A DNA stretch of 64,000 nt. It comes from Dipteris shenzhenensis (Eukaryota). The translations under genes were made by a program, and so were the position numbers. The notes beneath the pieces were generated by a model. That model saw only the letters and a program-made list of their open reading frames with translations, was not told the origin of the DNA and searched no databases. The number at the start of each line of letters is the position of its first letter. Within the stretch, counting starts at the first letter, position 1. Positions 1 to 12,983 of this stretch are shown one piece after another. Location: the NCBI GenBank assembly GCA_047967505.1, contig CM106538.1; one strand, 5' to 3'.

Positions 1-270
1 TCTCCAATTTGTCTATTACATGAAGTGAAAGTACCAGTTTCCCCTATGTCAATCAGTTGTGAGTTCTCCTTGAGCTCTTCCCAAATCTAAAGCTCAGTGC
101 CCCTCAAAATAGATCCTTTCTTCATCCATCTATCCTCTACAAATTCAACCATATTAAAGTTTCCTAAAAGCACACAGTTACTCTCTAGCACTTGAAGTAA
201 CTCCGAGGTCAATTGGAGCATAGACTAAAGCTGCAGTAAAAGAGACATTTCTGATCCTACGTTTTATTAA
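1..270 (-). mobile_element. LINE APE-endonuclease remnant
   Basis: Minus-strand translation LLGNFNMVEFVEDRWMKKGSILRGTEL*IWEELKENSQLIDIGETGTFTSCNRQ resembles the GDFN...FTW.N endonuclease motifs of plant LINEs; contains a stop. Confidence 0.65.
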
Positions 271-274
271 AACC

Positions 275-469
275 TCACAAAATATGAAGAGGGGAGAGAA
301 GAAGAGTGGAGATGAGGAGAGAGGGCACACCACAAATGACTAATTGTACACTAGATTTAGTTGAAAATGTAGAATATGTACAAAAGCTTTTAGGGTTAGG
401 GTTAGGGCATCTAATGCTTGTTAGTGCTATGCACATATGATCACATGATGTTGAGATGATCTCTCAACA
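275..469 (-). repeat. 3' LTR of copia copy A (internally deleted relative to copy B)
   Basis: tcacaaaatatgaagagggg...ctctcaaca matches the copy B LTR; contains (ttaggg)3; abuts the PPT ccttccctcaaga. Confidence 0.9.
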
Positions 470-578
470 CCTTCCCTCAAGATCAACATCATGAGCCTTC
501 CCTCAAGATGATGATTCTGGGGAATTAAAGAAGGACTGAGCATTACATTCCATCACACTCCTTTAATGGGAATGTCCT

Positions 579-3500
579 TCAACCAAGAGCTTGTCGGTAC
601 TTCTCGAATAGCTCTTTACCAAGTGGTTTGGTAAAGATGTCTGTAACATTTTCTTTGCTATCGCAATGCTGCATTGTGATGTCACCAAGTAAAACTCTTT
701 CTCTAATGAAGTGCTCTCTGACATCAATGTGCTTTGTCCTAGAGTGATATACTACATTCTTGGCCAATGCTTCAGCTAATTGATTATCACAATATATGGT
801 TGTTGGCTTTGATTCGGCTTTGATTCGTCAAAGTAGTATGTTTCTGACAATAGTCTTCTAAGCCATATAGCCTCACATGCACCTGTACTAAGTGCTCTAT
901 ATTCTTCTTTAGTCAAAGACAAAGAAATAGTTGGTTGTTTATTTGTTTACAACCATGATATAGCACCTTGACCAAGAAAAATGCATATCCCTGTGTCGAT
1001 CTCCTAGTCTCATGATCTCTGGCATAGTCACTATCACAATATCCATGCAACCTTGGATGACCTCCTCTGTATTCTATTCCAAACTATCTTGTACCTCTGA
1101 TGTATCTCAAGACTCTTTTGGCTACATTCGAGTGAGACTGTTTTGCATTTGCCATAAGCTATGGTAGTGAACTTACTGCATAACAAATATCTAGCCATGT
1201 GATAGTCATATATATAAAAGATTTGATGAGTTGCCGATAGTATCTGTCATTGATGGTAGGATTTTTTGAATCTTTTGTAAGTTTCAAGCTCTATTCCATG
1301 GGAGTGGCTGCAATCTTGCAATCTGCCATATGAAGCTTCTTTAGAGACTGTCAACATATTTTAACTGACTCATAAGGTGTTGTCTGAATCTCTCCAGAAC
1401 TCAATTCCAAGACAATAATTCATAAGTCCAAGATCTTTCATGTCGAACTTTGCGGGTGAGTCTTGTTTCAATTTCTTGATGAATCTATCCTTGCTTCCGG
1501 TCATAATCAGATCATCTACATAGAAAAGTGCAATAGTGATGTCTTCCCCTTGAACTTTGTAGTAGAGAGTATGATCTGCATTGGATATTATGTATCCCAG
1601 ATCAGCAAAATACTTGTCCATTCTGCTATACCAACTTCTGGGTGCTTGCTTTAAACCATAGAGACTTTTCTTGAGATGGCAAACCTCATTCTCTTTCTTG
1701 GTCAAACATAGCCCGCTGGTTGTTGCATGTAGACTTCCTTGTCTAGGTAACCATTGAGAAAAACATTTTTGACATCGAGCTGGTACACATTCCATCTGCT
1801 GAGTGTTGCTAGTGATATCAAGAACCATATGGAATCCATCTTTGCTCCTACTAGAGCATAAGTCTCATCATAATCTTGATCGTACTGCTATGCAAATCTT
1901 TTTGCAACTAGTCTGGCTTTGTATCTTTTAATGTTTCCATATGGATTGTACTTCACTTTGTATACCCATTTGTTTGCTATGGCCTTCTTTCCTGATGGAA
2001 GGTTGCATAATTCCCAAGTATTATTATTGTACAAAGATTCCATTTTTTCATTCATAGCAATTTGCCATTTTGGCTTGTCAACTGCGTCTTCAAAGTACAC
2101 TGGCTCTTCTGCAACCATGATGATAGTCATAAGAGCATAGTTGGTGGTTTCAACCTAAATTGCTTTGCCTTTCTGAGCATATGTCAATTTGGCTAAAGAT
2201 CTGCTTTCCCTAGTAGTCCGTCTGAGTTGCTGTGGTTCTTCTCGAGGTGCTTCGAGAAATTCTTACTCTTCTTCATCAACTTTTTTTGTAGATGACTGAG
2301 TAATTGGTGTGTCTATCTCCTGTGTGTTTGAGGTTTTCCATTTTGATTCCTTATCAAAGATTACATCTTTAGAGATAATGACCTTTTGGTTGATGGGATC
2401 ATACAACTTGTATGCTTTTCTATCTTCTCTATAGCCAACCATGATGCATTTGCATGACTTTGCATCCAATTTTCTGCGATGGTCGTCATGTATGTGGGCA
2501 TATGCTATGCAACCAAATATGCAGAGATGCCCAATGTGTGGCTTGTGTTTAGTGAATGCTTCATAAGGTGTCATACCCTAAATTGGTTTGGTTGGAAGCT
2601 GATTAAGCAAGTAGTTTGCAGCGGCTATTGCTTCTACCCAATACTTATTCAGAAGATGCTTCTCACTGAGCATTGCTCTAGCACTATTTGCTAAAGTACC
2701 ATTCTTCCTTTCAGTTCTTGCATTCTGCTGAGGAGTATCTACACAAGTGAATTGTCTTCAAATGCCATGACTTCTACAAAAGTTCATGAATGCTGAAGGC
2801 ATGTATTCACCTCCTCTATCCGATCTCATGTCTTTGAACTTTTTGCCTATTTGGTTTCCAACCATGGCTTTGAATTCTTGAAGACTTTCAGATTTCTCTT
2901 TTAGAAAGTATCTACTATAGTTGTCGCTGATGAAAGTTAAGTAGTAAAGTGAACCATTGATGCTGCGGGTCTAGGCATAACCCCATACATCTATGTATCA
3001 AATTAAGAATACCTCTAGCTCAAGAGGTGCTTTTGTTGAAATTGGTTCACTTTTGTTTGCCAAAGCAGCATGCCTGGCAAAACTTTTCCAAGAAACTGAA
3101 GATTAGGAATTCCAATTGCCATATTCTAATTTCTAAGCTCTATCAAGCTTTTGAAATTGACATGTCCATATCTCTTGTGCCATTTTGCGAAAAGTGGCAT
3201 CTGTTGCAGTTGAGCTAACATGGCATGCAAATCTGGTATTGTGGATAGCATTCTGAACAAGCATCCTTCCTTGACTACTTTTCCTACTAGTTGATATCCT
3301 TTGGATTTGTCTCTGATACTGCATTCATCTCCATTGAAGATGACTCAATAGTTGTGTTCCATCATTTGACCTACTGACAAGAGGTTCCTGAGCTTCAGGA
3401 ACATAGAGTACATCTTTCACCAATCCTTTCGTACCAACAATGAAATTGTTCATAGGGACAATGCCTTTCCCTTGAACTAGATGTGGTGTATTATCTGTTG

Positions 3501-4790
3501 TGTAGATGATATTCTTCTGGCCTTCTAATGGTTTCATCTCTATGAACCATTCTTGATGTTTTGTCATATGAGATGATGCACTGCTGTCAATGTACCAAGG
3601 ATCTTGATCTGCTTGGTCAACTTGATAATAACAAAAATCCTCTTTTAAATTACAATCAATGTCAAGATACACTGTATCAGTCTTCTTAGGTTCATTGGCA
3701 TAATGACTAACTGGAATGTCCACCACGATGATTTTCTCTTCCTTGGAAATTCCCTCAATTGCTGTCGGACTGACCACCTTGGTCGTACTTCTTCTTGCAA
3801 CAATCTCTTTCATAGGGTCCAAACTTATGACAGTAGTTGCACCAAATGTTTGACATGTTGGTGGATGCATTCCCTCGTTCTTGGAATCTTTCTCGATTAG
3901 AATGATTTCCTCTTTGCTAATGCTGATGTTGCTGAGGAAGATGTTGATGCTAACTTTGTTGATGATTTTGTTGCTGATGATGACCACTTTGTTGGAATAA
4001 TCTACCTCTGCTTCTATTTAAAGTTGTGAATGCTTGATCATTTTGGAATGACCTTTGCATGTGTGAATGGCCTGAGTCCTAAGTTCTTCACCAAATAAAA
4101 TTGACTGGAGCTCTTCTAGTGTCAAAATTTGACGTTGAATGGCAATACTCTGTACAAGATTCTTGTATCTCTCTTCTAGTCCATTCAAGATGACTTGAAC
4201 CATTTCTGCTAGATTCACGATCTCTCTTGCTGCTGCTGCTATGAGTTGATTGTTGTAATCTTTGATCCTAAGTACATAAGCATGATCGGTTTCACTACTA
4301 TTGTAGAAAATCTTGTTTATCTGGTTTCTAGTGTGAGAATCCTAGAAGTGTTATTGGACTTGTAGAGAGCTGCAAACATATCCCATGCTTCTTTTAATGT
4401 CTTAACTATGTTGAGTTTCCTAGCATGACATATTGCACATTCTTCTTGATCTGATGATATGAATACTTGTCTTTCTTGTCCCATTGTGCCTGTGCTTGGG
4501 CAATGGCAAGATTTGCTATAGGTGCAGTCACTATTGGTGTAGCTAGAGATCCTGCTGTAGATCCTACTGTTGGTGCTATGACAATAGGTGGAGTAGAGCT
4601 GGATCATCCATTGGTCTAGGTGTAGATCCATTTACATACTCCCATTTTTCTTGAAGTATAAGAATGGGAGTATGTAGCTGGATCATCCATTGGTCTAGGT
4701 GTAGATCCATTTACATACTCCCATTTTTCTTGAAGTACAAGAATGGTCTCATTTAGTATTTCCATGTGCCATAATTGGAGTTGTCTAGCT
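579..4790 (-). pseudogene. Copia gag-pol pseudogene, left arm
   Basis: Fragments WYIDSSASSHM (protease), RRKLDAKS (integrase C-term), KARLVAK, LYGLKQAPRSW, YVDD (RT) and RTKHIDVREHFIRE (RNaseH); many stops and frameshifts. Confidence 0.93.
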
Positions 4791-5766
4791 TAGCATATGC
4801 CTCCAGATTGAGGTTGCTAGTCGTAGACATGGTGCAAGAAATGTACTCAAATTGTCTGTGAAATCACTGTCTGAATCAACTACAAAACACTGACTATATT
4901 AACTAAAATTTGAACTATCGATGAAGATATAACTATAATATATAATCCAATCTGTTACAAGGCTTGTGGAAAATGACGTCAGGAATAGCCAAGAGACTTT
5001 ACAAGGCTTGAATTGATGCATAGAATGCCAAAAAATAGCCAAATTTCAACTTTACAATGATTGCATGTGTGTGTGAAATCAAATCATGTGCAATCTGCCG
5101 ACTAATCAATCGGACAAAGTCTCTGAACACTCTGAAGTCTACTCACTGAATTGTGAAACGTTAAGGTTTAGGTAATGTGATGATATGAAGCATCATGTGA
5201 GTGTTGGGGGGGCTGACTCCGAGTAGAAACTATTAAGAAATTTTCAACCTGGCTTCGATTGGGTACTTTGGAGTTCTCTCCAGTATGGATGATCTAATCT
5301 ATTGTGAAGTAGATTCATACCAACCGTCGAGTGATGAAAAAGTAGCAAATAATTCCTTTTCTTTGCTCATTTTGGGTGCTAGGTCAAATGTGTCGAGGTA
5401 GAGGTTGTGTGTGTAAGAAGTGGATTTGTCACATCGGGGCTCAAAAGTGTGTGATACTTGTGCAAAAATGTGCACATGATGTAAAACCACGTAGAGCACA
5501 AAAAACTAATCATTTTTCCTTTTTGGAGTGCGCTCAAATTCTTCCTGGATCTAGAGATACGACTTGATCTAGGTGGAGGGGCAAAAAAGGGTGCAAAGTG
5601 CTCAATGATGATGTGGTAGGGTGAGTCACATGCAGTGATGATGTGGCAATCATGCTTAGCAAGGGGTGTGCCTGTGAAGCACTATGATGATATGTGCATA
5701 GGCAAGGTGCCAAGTGTGCCAGTGAAGGGGCAACTGTGACTGACAGGGGACAGTGCCACATGGCAA

Positions 5767-5870
5767 TGATGATGTGGCACTTTGACTTGGTTGATAGATG
5801 ATGTGGCACTTTGACTTGGTCAATAGATGATGTGGCACTTTGACTTGGTCAACAGATGATGTGGCAATTG
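5767..5870. repeat. About four 28-bp tandem repeats (gatgatgtggcactttgacttggt...) in the copy A leader
   Basis: Repeated gatgatgtggcactttgacttgg units; related to the larger array in the copy B leader. Confidence 0.8.
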
Positions 5871-6209
5871 ATGTCACCCTGGTGACATGACATGTGAGTG
5901 GTGATAGCTATGGTAGATGAGGATGATGGCGTGATGGGATTCCAAGGATGCTGACATGGCACTCTTATCCAATCTGCCAAATGGTAGATCTTAAGCCAAA
6001 CCTGTGGTGACCCTAGAGGATAGTGTTCGATGAGATTCCCGATTGAATCTTTTACCAATACGTCAAAATATGTGGATTGAATGGGAATCTTTAGATCCCT
6101 TGATAGAATCTATGGGATTTCAATGCCAATCGTGGTGGAGAGGTGTAATGTGATGTCCAAGAGATCGTTGAAGGCAGGTCGTTGAAATCGTTTAAAGCTC
6201 CGTCTATAG

Positions 6210-6615
6210 AATTCTATGGAGCTAGTAGCCAAAGATGTGATGTGGAGGTGCGCGAAGCCAGGAGGTGGTGGTATGGCCTTCTTCGAAAGAAAGGTGTCAA
6301 GGATGAAGGTCACCATCTCGTGGCTAGAGCATCCCATGAAGAAGCTGCTGCTATCGCCGTTACTGGTAGCAGTCCATTGGAGGTCACTAGCTTTGCAACC
6401 CATGGCTAAGAACACTTAGCCATGGGTTGCAAAGCTAGTGACCTCCAATGGACTGCTACCAGTAACGGCGATAACAGCAGCTTCTTCATGGGATGCTCTA
6501 GCCACGAGATGGTGACCTTCATCCTTGACACCTTTCTTTCGAAGAAGGCCATACCACCACCTCCTGGCTTCGCGCACCTCCACATCACATCTTTGGCTAC
6601 TAGCTCCATAGAATT
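6210..6615. repeat. Near-perfect palindrome, 201-bp arms, 4-nt loop (aaca)
   Basis: 6210-6410 is the reverse complement of 6415-6615, with one mismatch seen; mirror ORFs 6216-6419(+) and 6406-6609(-) are identical except at their C-termini. Confidence 0.97.
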
Positions 6616-9600
6616 ATCACATTACCTAAAACCTAACGTTTCACAATTCAGTGAGTAGACTTCAGAGTATTCAGAGACTTTGTCCGATTGATTAGTCGGC
6701 AGATTGCACATGATTTGATTTCACACACACATGCAATCATTGTAAAGTTGAAATTTGGCTATTTTTTGGCATTCTATGCATCAATTCAAGCCTTGTAAAG
6801 TCTCTTGGCTATTCCTGACGTCATTTTCCACAAGCCTTGTAACAGATTGGATTATATATTATAGTTATATCTTCATCGATAGTTCAAATTTTAGTTAATA
6901 TAGTCAGTGTTTTGTAGTTGATTCAGACAGTGATTTCACAAACAATTTGAGTACATTTCTTGCACCATGTCTACGACTAGCAACCTCAATCTGGAGGCAT
7001 ATGCTAAGCTAGACAACTCCAATTATGGCACATGGAAATACCAAATGAGACCATTCTTGTACTTCAAGAAAAATGGGAGTATGTAAATGGATCTACACCT
7101 AGACCAATGGATGATCCAGCTACATACTCCCATTCTATACTTCAAGAAAAATGGGAGTATGTAAATGGATCTACACCTAGACCAATGGATGATCCAGCTC
7201 TACTCCACCTATTGTCATAGCACCAACAGTAGGATCTACAGCAGGATCTCTAGCTACACCAATAGTGACTGCACCTATAGCAAATCTTGCCATTGCCCAA
7301 GCACAGGCACAATGGGACAAGAAAGACAAGTATTCATATCATCAGATCAAGAAGAATGTGCAATATGTCATGCTAGGACAACTCAACATAGTTAAGACAT
7401 TAAAAGAAGCATGGGATATGTTTGCAGCTCTCTACGAGTCCAATAATACTTCTAGGATTCTCACACTAGAAACCAGATAAACAAGATTTTCTGCAATAGT
7501 AGTGAAACCGATCATGCTTATGTACTTAGGATCAAAGATTACAACAATCAACTCATAGCAGCAGCAGCAAGAGAGATCGTGAATCTAGCAGAAATGGTTC
7601 AAGTCATCTTGAATGGACTAGAAGAGGGATACAAGAATCTTGTACAGAGTATTGCCATTCAACGTCAAATTTTGACACTAGAAGAGCTCCAGTCAATTTT
7701 ATTTGGTGAAGAACTTAGGACTCAGGCCATTCACACATGCAAAGGTCATTCCAAAATGATCAAGCATTCACAACTTCAAATAGAAGCAGAGGTAGATTAT
7801 TCCAACAAAGTGGTCATCATCAGCAACAAAATCATCAACAAAGTTAGCATCAACATCTTCCTCAGCAACATCAGCATTAGCAAAGAGGAAATCATTCTAA
7901 TCGAGAAAGATTCCAAGAACGAGGGAATGCATCCACCAACATGTCAAACATTTGGTGCAACTACTGTCATAAGTTTGGACCCTATGAAAGAGATTGTTGC
8001 AAGAAGAAGTACGACCAAGGTGGTCAGTCCGACAGTAATTGAGGGAATTTCCAAGGAAGAGAAAATCATCGTGGTGGACATTCCAGTTAGTCATTATGCC
8101 AATGAACCTAAGAAGACTGATACAGTGTATCTTGACACTGATTGCAATTTAAAAGAGGATTTTTGTTATTATCAAGTTGACCAAGCAGATCAAGATCCTT
8201 GGTACATTGACAGCAGTGCATCATCTCATATGACAAAACATCAAGAATGGTTCATAGAGATGAAACCATTAGAAGGCCAGAAGAATATCATCTACACAAC
8301 AGATAATACACCACATCTAGTTCAAGGGAAAGGCATTGTCCCTATGAACAATTTCATTGTTGGTACGAAAGGATTGGTGAAAGATGTACTCTATGTTCCT
8401 GAAGCTCAGGAACCTCTTGTCAGTAGGTCAAATGATGGAACACAACTATTGAGTCATCTTCAATGGAGATGAATGCAGTATCAGAGACAAATCCAAAGGA
8501 TATCAGCTAGTAGGAAAAGTAGTCAAGGAAGGATGCTTGTTCAGAATGCTATCCACAATACCAGATTTGCAAGTGAACCAATTTCAACAAAAGCACCTCT
8601 TGAGCTAGAGGTATTCTTAATTTGATACATAGATGTATGGGGTTATGCCTAGACCCGCAGCATCAATGGTTCACTTTACTACTTAACTTTCATCGGCGAC
8701 AACTATAGTAGATACTTTCTAAAAGAGAAATCTGAAAGTCTTTTCCAGATTTCAAGAATTCAAAGCCATGGTTGGAAACCAAATAGGCAAAAAGTTCAAA
8801 GACATGAGATCGGATAGAGGAGGTGAATACATGCCTTCAGCATTCATTAACTTTTGCAGAAGTCATGGCATTTGAAGACAATTCACTTGTGTAGATACTC
8901 CTCAGTTCGAAATACTTTCCCATTTATTACCTGGAATCTGTAATGGCTATAATAAGCCCGCGCTTCTAAGGCGTTCAGCCTTAGTAACCTGACAAACTCG
9001 GCAACCTACTACAGTGCTAGAGCAATGCTCAGTGAGAAGCATCTTCTGAATAAGTATTGGGTAGAAGCAATAGCCGCTGCAAACTACTTACTTAATCAGC
9101 TTCCAACCAAACCAATTCAGGGTATGACACCTTATGAAGCATTCACTAAACACAAGCCACACATTGGGCATCTCTGCATATTTGGTTGCATAGCATATGC
9201 CCACATACATGACGACCATCGTAGAAAATTGGATGCAAAGTCATGCAAATGCATCATGGTTGGCTATAGAGAAGACAGAAAAGCATACAAGTTGTATGAT
9301 CCCATCAACCAAAAGGTCATTATCTCTAAAGATGTAATCTTTGATAAGGAATCAAAATGGAAAACCTCAAACACACAGGAGATAGACACACCAATTACTC
9401 AGTCATCTACAAAAAAAGTTGATGAAGAAGAGTAAGAATTTCTCGAAGCACCTCGAGAAGAACCACAGCAACTCAGACGGACTACTAGGGAAAGCAGATC
9501 TTTAGCCAAATTGACATATGCTCAGAAAGGCAAAGCAATTTAGGTTGAAACCACCAACTATGCTCTTATGACTATCATCATGGTTGCAGAAGAGCCAGTG

Positions 9601-10190
9601 TACTTTGAAGACGCAGTTGACAAGCCAAAATGGCAAATTGCTATGAATGAAAAAATGGAATCTTTGTATAATAATAATACTTGGGAATTATGCAACCTTC
9701 CATCAGGAAAGAAGGCCATAGCAAACAAATGGGTATACAAAGTGAAGTACAATCCATATGGAAACATTAAAAGATACAAAGCCAGACTAGTTGCAAAAAG
9801 ATTTGCATAGCAGTACGATCAAGATTATGATGAGACTTATGCTCTAGTAGGAGCAAAGATGGATTCCATATGGTTCTTGATATCACTAGCAACACTCAGC
9901 AGATGGAATGTGTACCAGCTCGATGTCAAGAATGTTTTTCTCAATGGTTACCTAGACAAGGAAGTCTACATGCAACAACCAGCGGGCTATGTTTGACCAA
10001 GAAAGAGAATCAGGTTTGCCATCTCAAGAAAAGTCTCTATGGCTTAAAGCAAGCACCCAGAAGTTGGTATAGCAGAATGGACAATTATTTTGCTGATCTG
10101 GGATACATAATATCCAATGCAGATCATACTCTCTACTACAAAGTTCAAGGGGAAGACATCACTATTGCACTTTTCTATGTAGATGATCTG
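6616..10190 (+). pseudogene. Inverted duplicate of copia copy A leader and gag-pol (mirror of 5181 down to 1508)
   Basis: Plus-strand ORFs 7165-7395, 7579-8472, 9025-9435, 9568-9810 and 9870-10196 are near-identical to minus-strand ORFs in 1370-4631; the duplicate ends abruptly after YVDDL. Confidence 0.95.
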
Positions 10191-10924
10191 CGGTGATGGT
10201 TTTTGAGTTCATTGTAGAGCTGAGGTCGTTGGCCATTGAGCTTAAGCATGGATGTTGGTTGGAGTGGCTGATTGGTAATCTTAATGAGCTTAAGTGTGGA
10301 CGTCATTTGGAGCGGCTGATTGCAGTCATGCATGGAGAGGCTCAAAAGTCATTGTTGCTGAAGTTGGAGACCGAGGCTGATAGCCATGAAGATGCATTGG
10401 AAGCCACATTGGAGGTTGCAGAAGGTGTTGTAGGCTCCCTTTGCTGACACTGCCATGTCTTTCTTGCCTCGTTGAGGTTGGGGCTAGCTATGGCAGCTTG
10501 AGGTCGGTCCTTAGTAAGCTTGTAGTCATTGTTGTTGTAGGTAGTTGTATGGAGAGGTCTTCTCTGAGTTGAGTTGCTTGCCTTAGTCAAAGAAGCTCAT
10601 AGTCTTGTCGGGTTGTAGATAGAGTTACCTTTGTTCGCCTTGCTTGTTGTAGCCTTGGCTTGTAGTTTTAGGTCAAAGTACCACTCAGAGCTTTAAGCTC
10701 TCTTCGAGTCTCTCCAACTAGAAAATGAAACTCAACTAAATGAATCTCTCTCAAAATGGATGGGAGGAAATTTTCTCTCTCAAGTAATTGAAATTTTCTT
10801 TCAAAAGAATGGATGAAGATCTCTCACCAAAAGTGGACTCTCACGGAGAACACTCAAGAGAACTCTCAATCTCTCAATCACTCGCATGCGCGTGGATCGC
10901 AATGCCTCAGTGGAGGGCAAGGAT

Positions 10925-11043
10925 GCTCTGATACTATGACAAAATATGAAGAGGGGAGAGGAGAAGAGTGGAGATGAGGAGAGAGGGCCTAGCTAGAGAG
11001 CATACAACAAATGACTAACTACACACTAGATTTAGTTGAAAAC
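10925..11043 (-). repeat. PBS (tRNA-iMet type, one mismatch) plus truncated 5' LTR of copy A
   Basis: The reverse complement of gctctgatacta is tagtatcagagc; followed by tgacaaaatatgaagagggg; homology stops at about 11043. Confidence 0.88.
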
Positions 11044-12638
11044 ATGGTAAGCAAGTCGTGGAATATTGCATTTTTTGGTTCGATCCTAGATGGGAGTTAT
11101 ATAGTCGTCTTTATTCTTTGCTACCTCTACCTAGGCTCATCTGGCTCGCAAACTTCTTCCAACCAAAACTACGCTTAGCGCGATTGTGGTTTTGCTGTGA
11201 GAAGTGAGGCATCCTGTAAGCCATAGTGCACTCTTGGCAAAATTTATCTGTTGCACGGTACATGTTCGTCTTTAACAGAATTTGTGGCGTGACTATCTTG
11301 ACTACTACACCTCCCTTGCTCAAGCGATCTAATGGCAGCCACTCAAGTATGTATTTTGGTTCTAGTCTAGGGTACTTGGTTGTATGCTCTACTTAGATTT
11401 TTGCATAGCATCTTGGTTACAGTTTGCTCTTATGCAATCGCATCTAGGAGGAGATCATGGATGGCGACGTGATCCACTTAGCTCTTCTCCGTGAGTAGTG
11501 TATATTCTTTCTCTGGTTCTCTCTCACGCTTAATGGACTCATTCGGAGGTTAGCTGGCCGGTTTTCAGCTTGTAAGCTACACTACACGAACGTGAGTTGT
11601 ATTATATATCCAGAAAGCTTGTGGTAACTAGTGCACGTACTGTTCTATTTCTTTCGATGTCCATTTAGGATTTTGATAGCCTACAATAATCTCTGTCATG
11701 TACACAATGCCGACAAAAGCTTAATATTAGACGCCTTTCAGGAACCTCTGATTGTGTACTGATGCCCGGTCGTCCTTGATGACGACTCGTCCGTAATCTT
11801 TTTCATAAGCCCTTCTGGCTTAAGCTTTCTAATTTACGTCTTCTATCCTACTTACAACTCCCAATATGCTTGCAGCGATTGATGGCGTGGCCTTCTCGGT
11901 CCTTGGCTTGCTAGCTCAAGCTACCGTGAGCTTCGTGCATGGCCCTTCTTTGCTGTTGGTGCTTGGCTAGTGTAGTATCTTACCCTCATGGATCCTTACG
12001 TTGCCTGCTACCGTCCTCCTGATCATTTGGTTGGAGGTCCTTGATTTGTTGTCTGCTACGGTTATGTCTTGCATAGCTTGATTAGCTCCCTGGTTCACAC
12101 TACCATGCACTAATATGTGTACCCTTTGGTTGCACAAGCCAATGCTCCACTCGGTCGACCAGCATTTATTATTTAGCTCGCCTCCCTTGTGAGCTTAAGC
12201 CACTGCTCCTCTCGTTCCACCAAACTATTGTTTTTTTGACGTGATGCTTCATGAAAACAAAAAAGGATTCTTTGCAATTAGCATTCATCTCAATATAACA
12301 ATGTCAGCTCTTCATTTATCGTTTTGAAAGCGATCATCAAGATGGGTACGAGTTCGAGTGCAATAGTTAAAAGCTAACTTCCTTGATCGAAGATATTCAT
12401 TTACGAGTACGATTGTGATAATACGTTCTTGCATGTATCATCGATTGTTTGTTTGTAATGACTCATGTTTGGCCCTTCTAAATTTTATCTTTTCCTTCAG
12501 AGTAATGGAACGCCCAAATCCCTACCTATCTTCTCTCAATCCGTCCCCTGTAGCTCACTTTCGCACAATCGTAAGCATGGATGCCCTTCAGCTTCATGTG
12601 GAGGAAAAGATAGCACATGACTCCGAGTGGATCAAGGC

Positions 12639-12895
12639 TGACAAAATATGAAGAGGGGAGAGGAGAAGAGTGGAGATGAGGAGAGAGGGCACAGCTAGAG
12701 AGCACACCACAAATGACTAACTGTACACTAGAATTAGTTGAAAAAATAGAATATATACAAACCCTTTTAGGGTTAGGGTTAGGGGATCTAACCCTTTCCT
12801 TTATAGCACTCTATAAGGTTAGTGCTATGCACATATGATCACGTGATGGTGCTATGCACACATGATCACATGATGTTGAGCGTGAACTCTCAACA
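12639..12895 (-). repeat. 3' LTR of copy B
   Basis: tgacaaaatatg...ctctcaaca, identical by eye to 20110-20366. Confidence 0.98.
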
Positions 12896-12983
12896 CCTTC
12901 CCTCAAGATCAACATCATGAAGTAGGCCTTCCCTCAAGATGATGATTCTGGGGAATCGAAGAAGGACTGAGCATTACATTCCA

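Larger units (their letters stand above)
275..11043 (-). mobile_element. Degenerate Ty1/copia LTR retrotransposon (copy A) with internal inverted duplication
   Basis: 3' LTR at 275-469 with PPT at 470-483; fragmented gag-PR-IN-RT-RH; PBS-like gctctgatacta at 10925-10936; truncated 5' LTR at 10937-11043 homologous to the copy B LTRs. Confidence 0.9.

Noticed and set aside
386-410. Interstitial telomere or chromosome-healing site
   Set aside because: The TTAGGG triplet is an integral part of this family's LTR.
1508-10190. Pure assembly or sequencing fold-back artefact
   Set aside because: The arms differ by SNPs, reciprocal indels and a filler insertion, and the element's leader resumes afterwards; read-level confirmation is still advisable.
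11045-12280. Possible LINE 3' remnant truncating the copy A 5' LTR
   Set aside because: Only a weak CTYC..H motif and a short A-rich tail; too degenerate to support.
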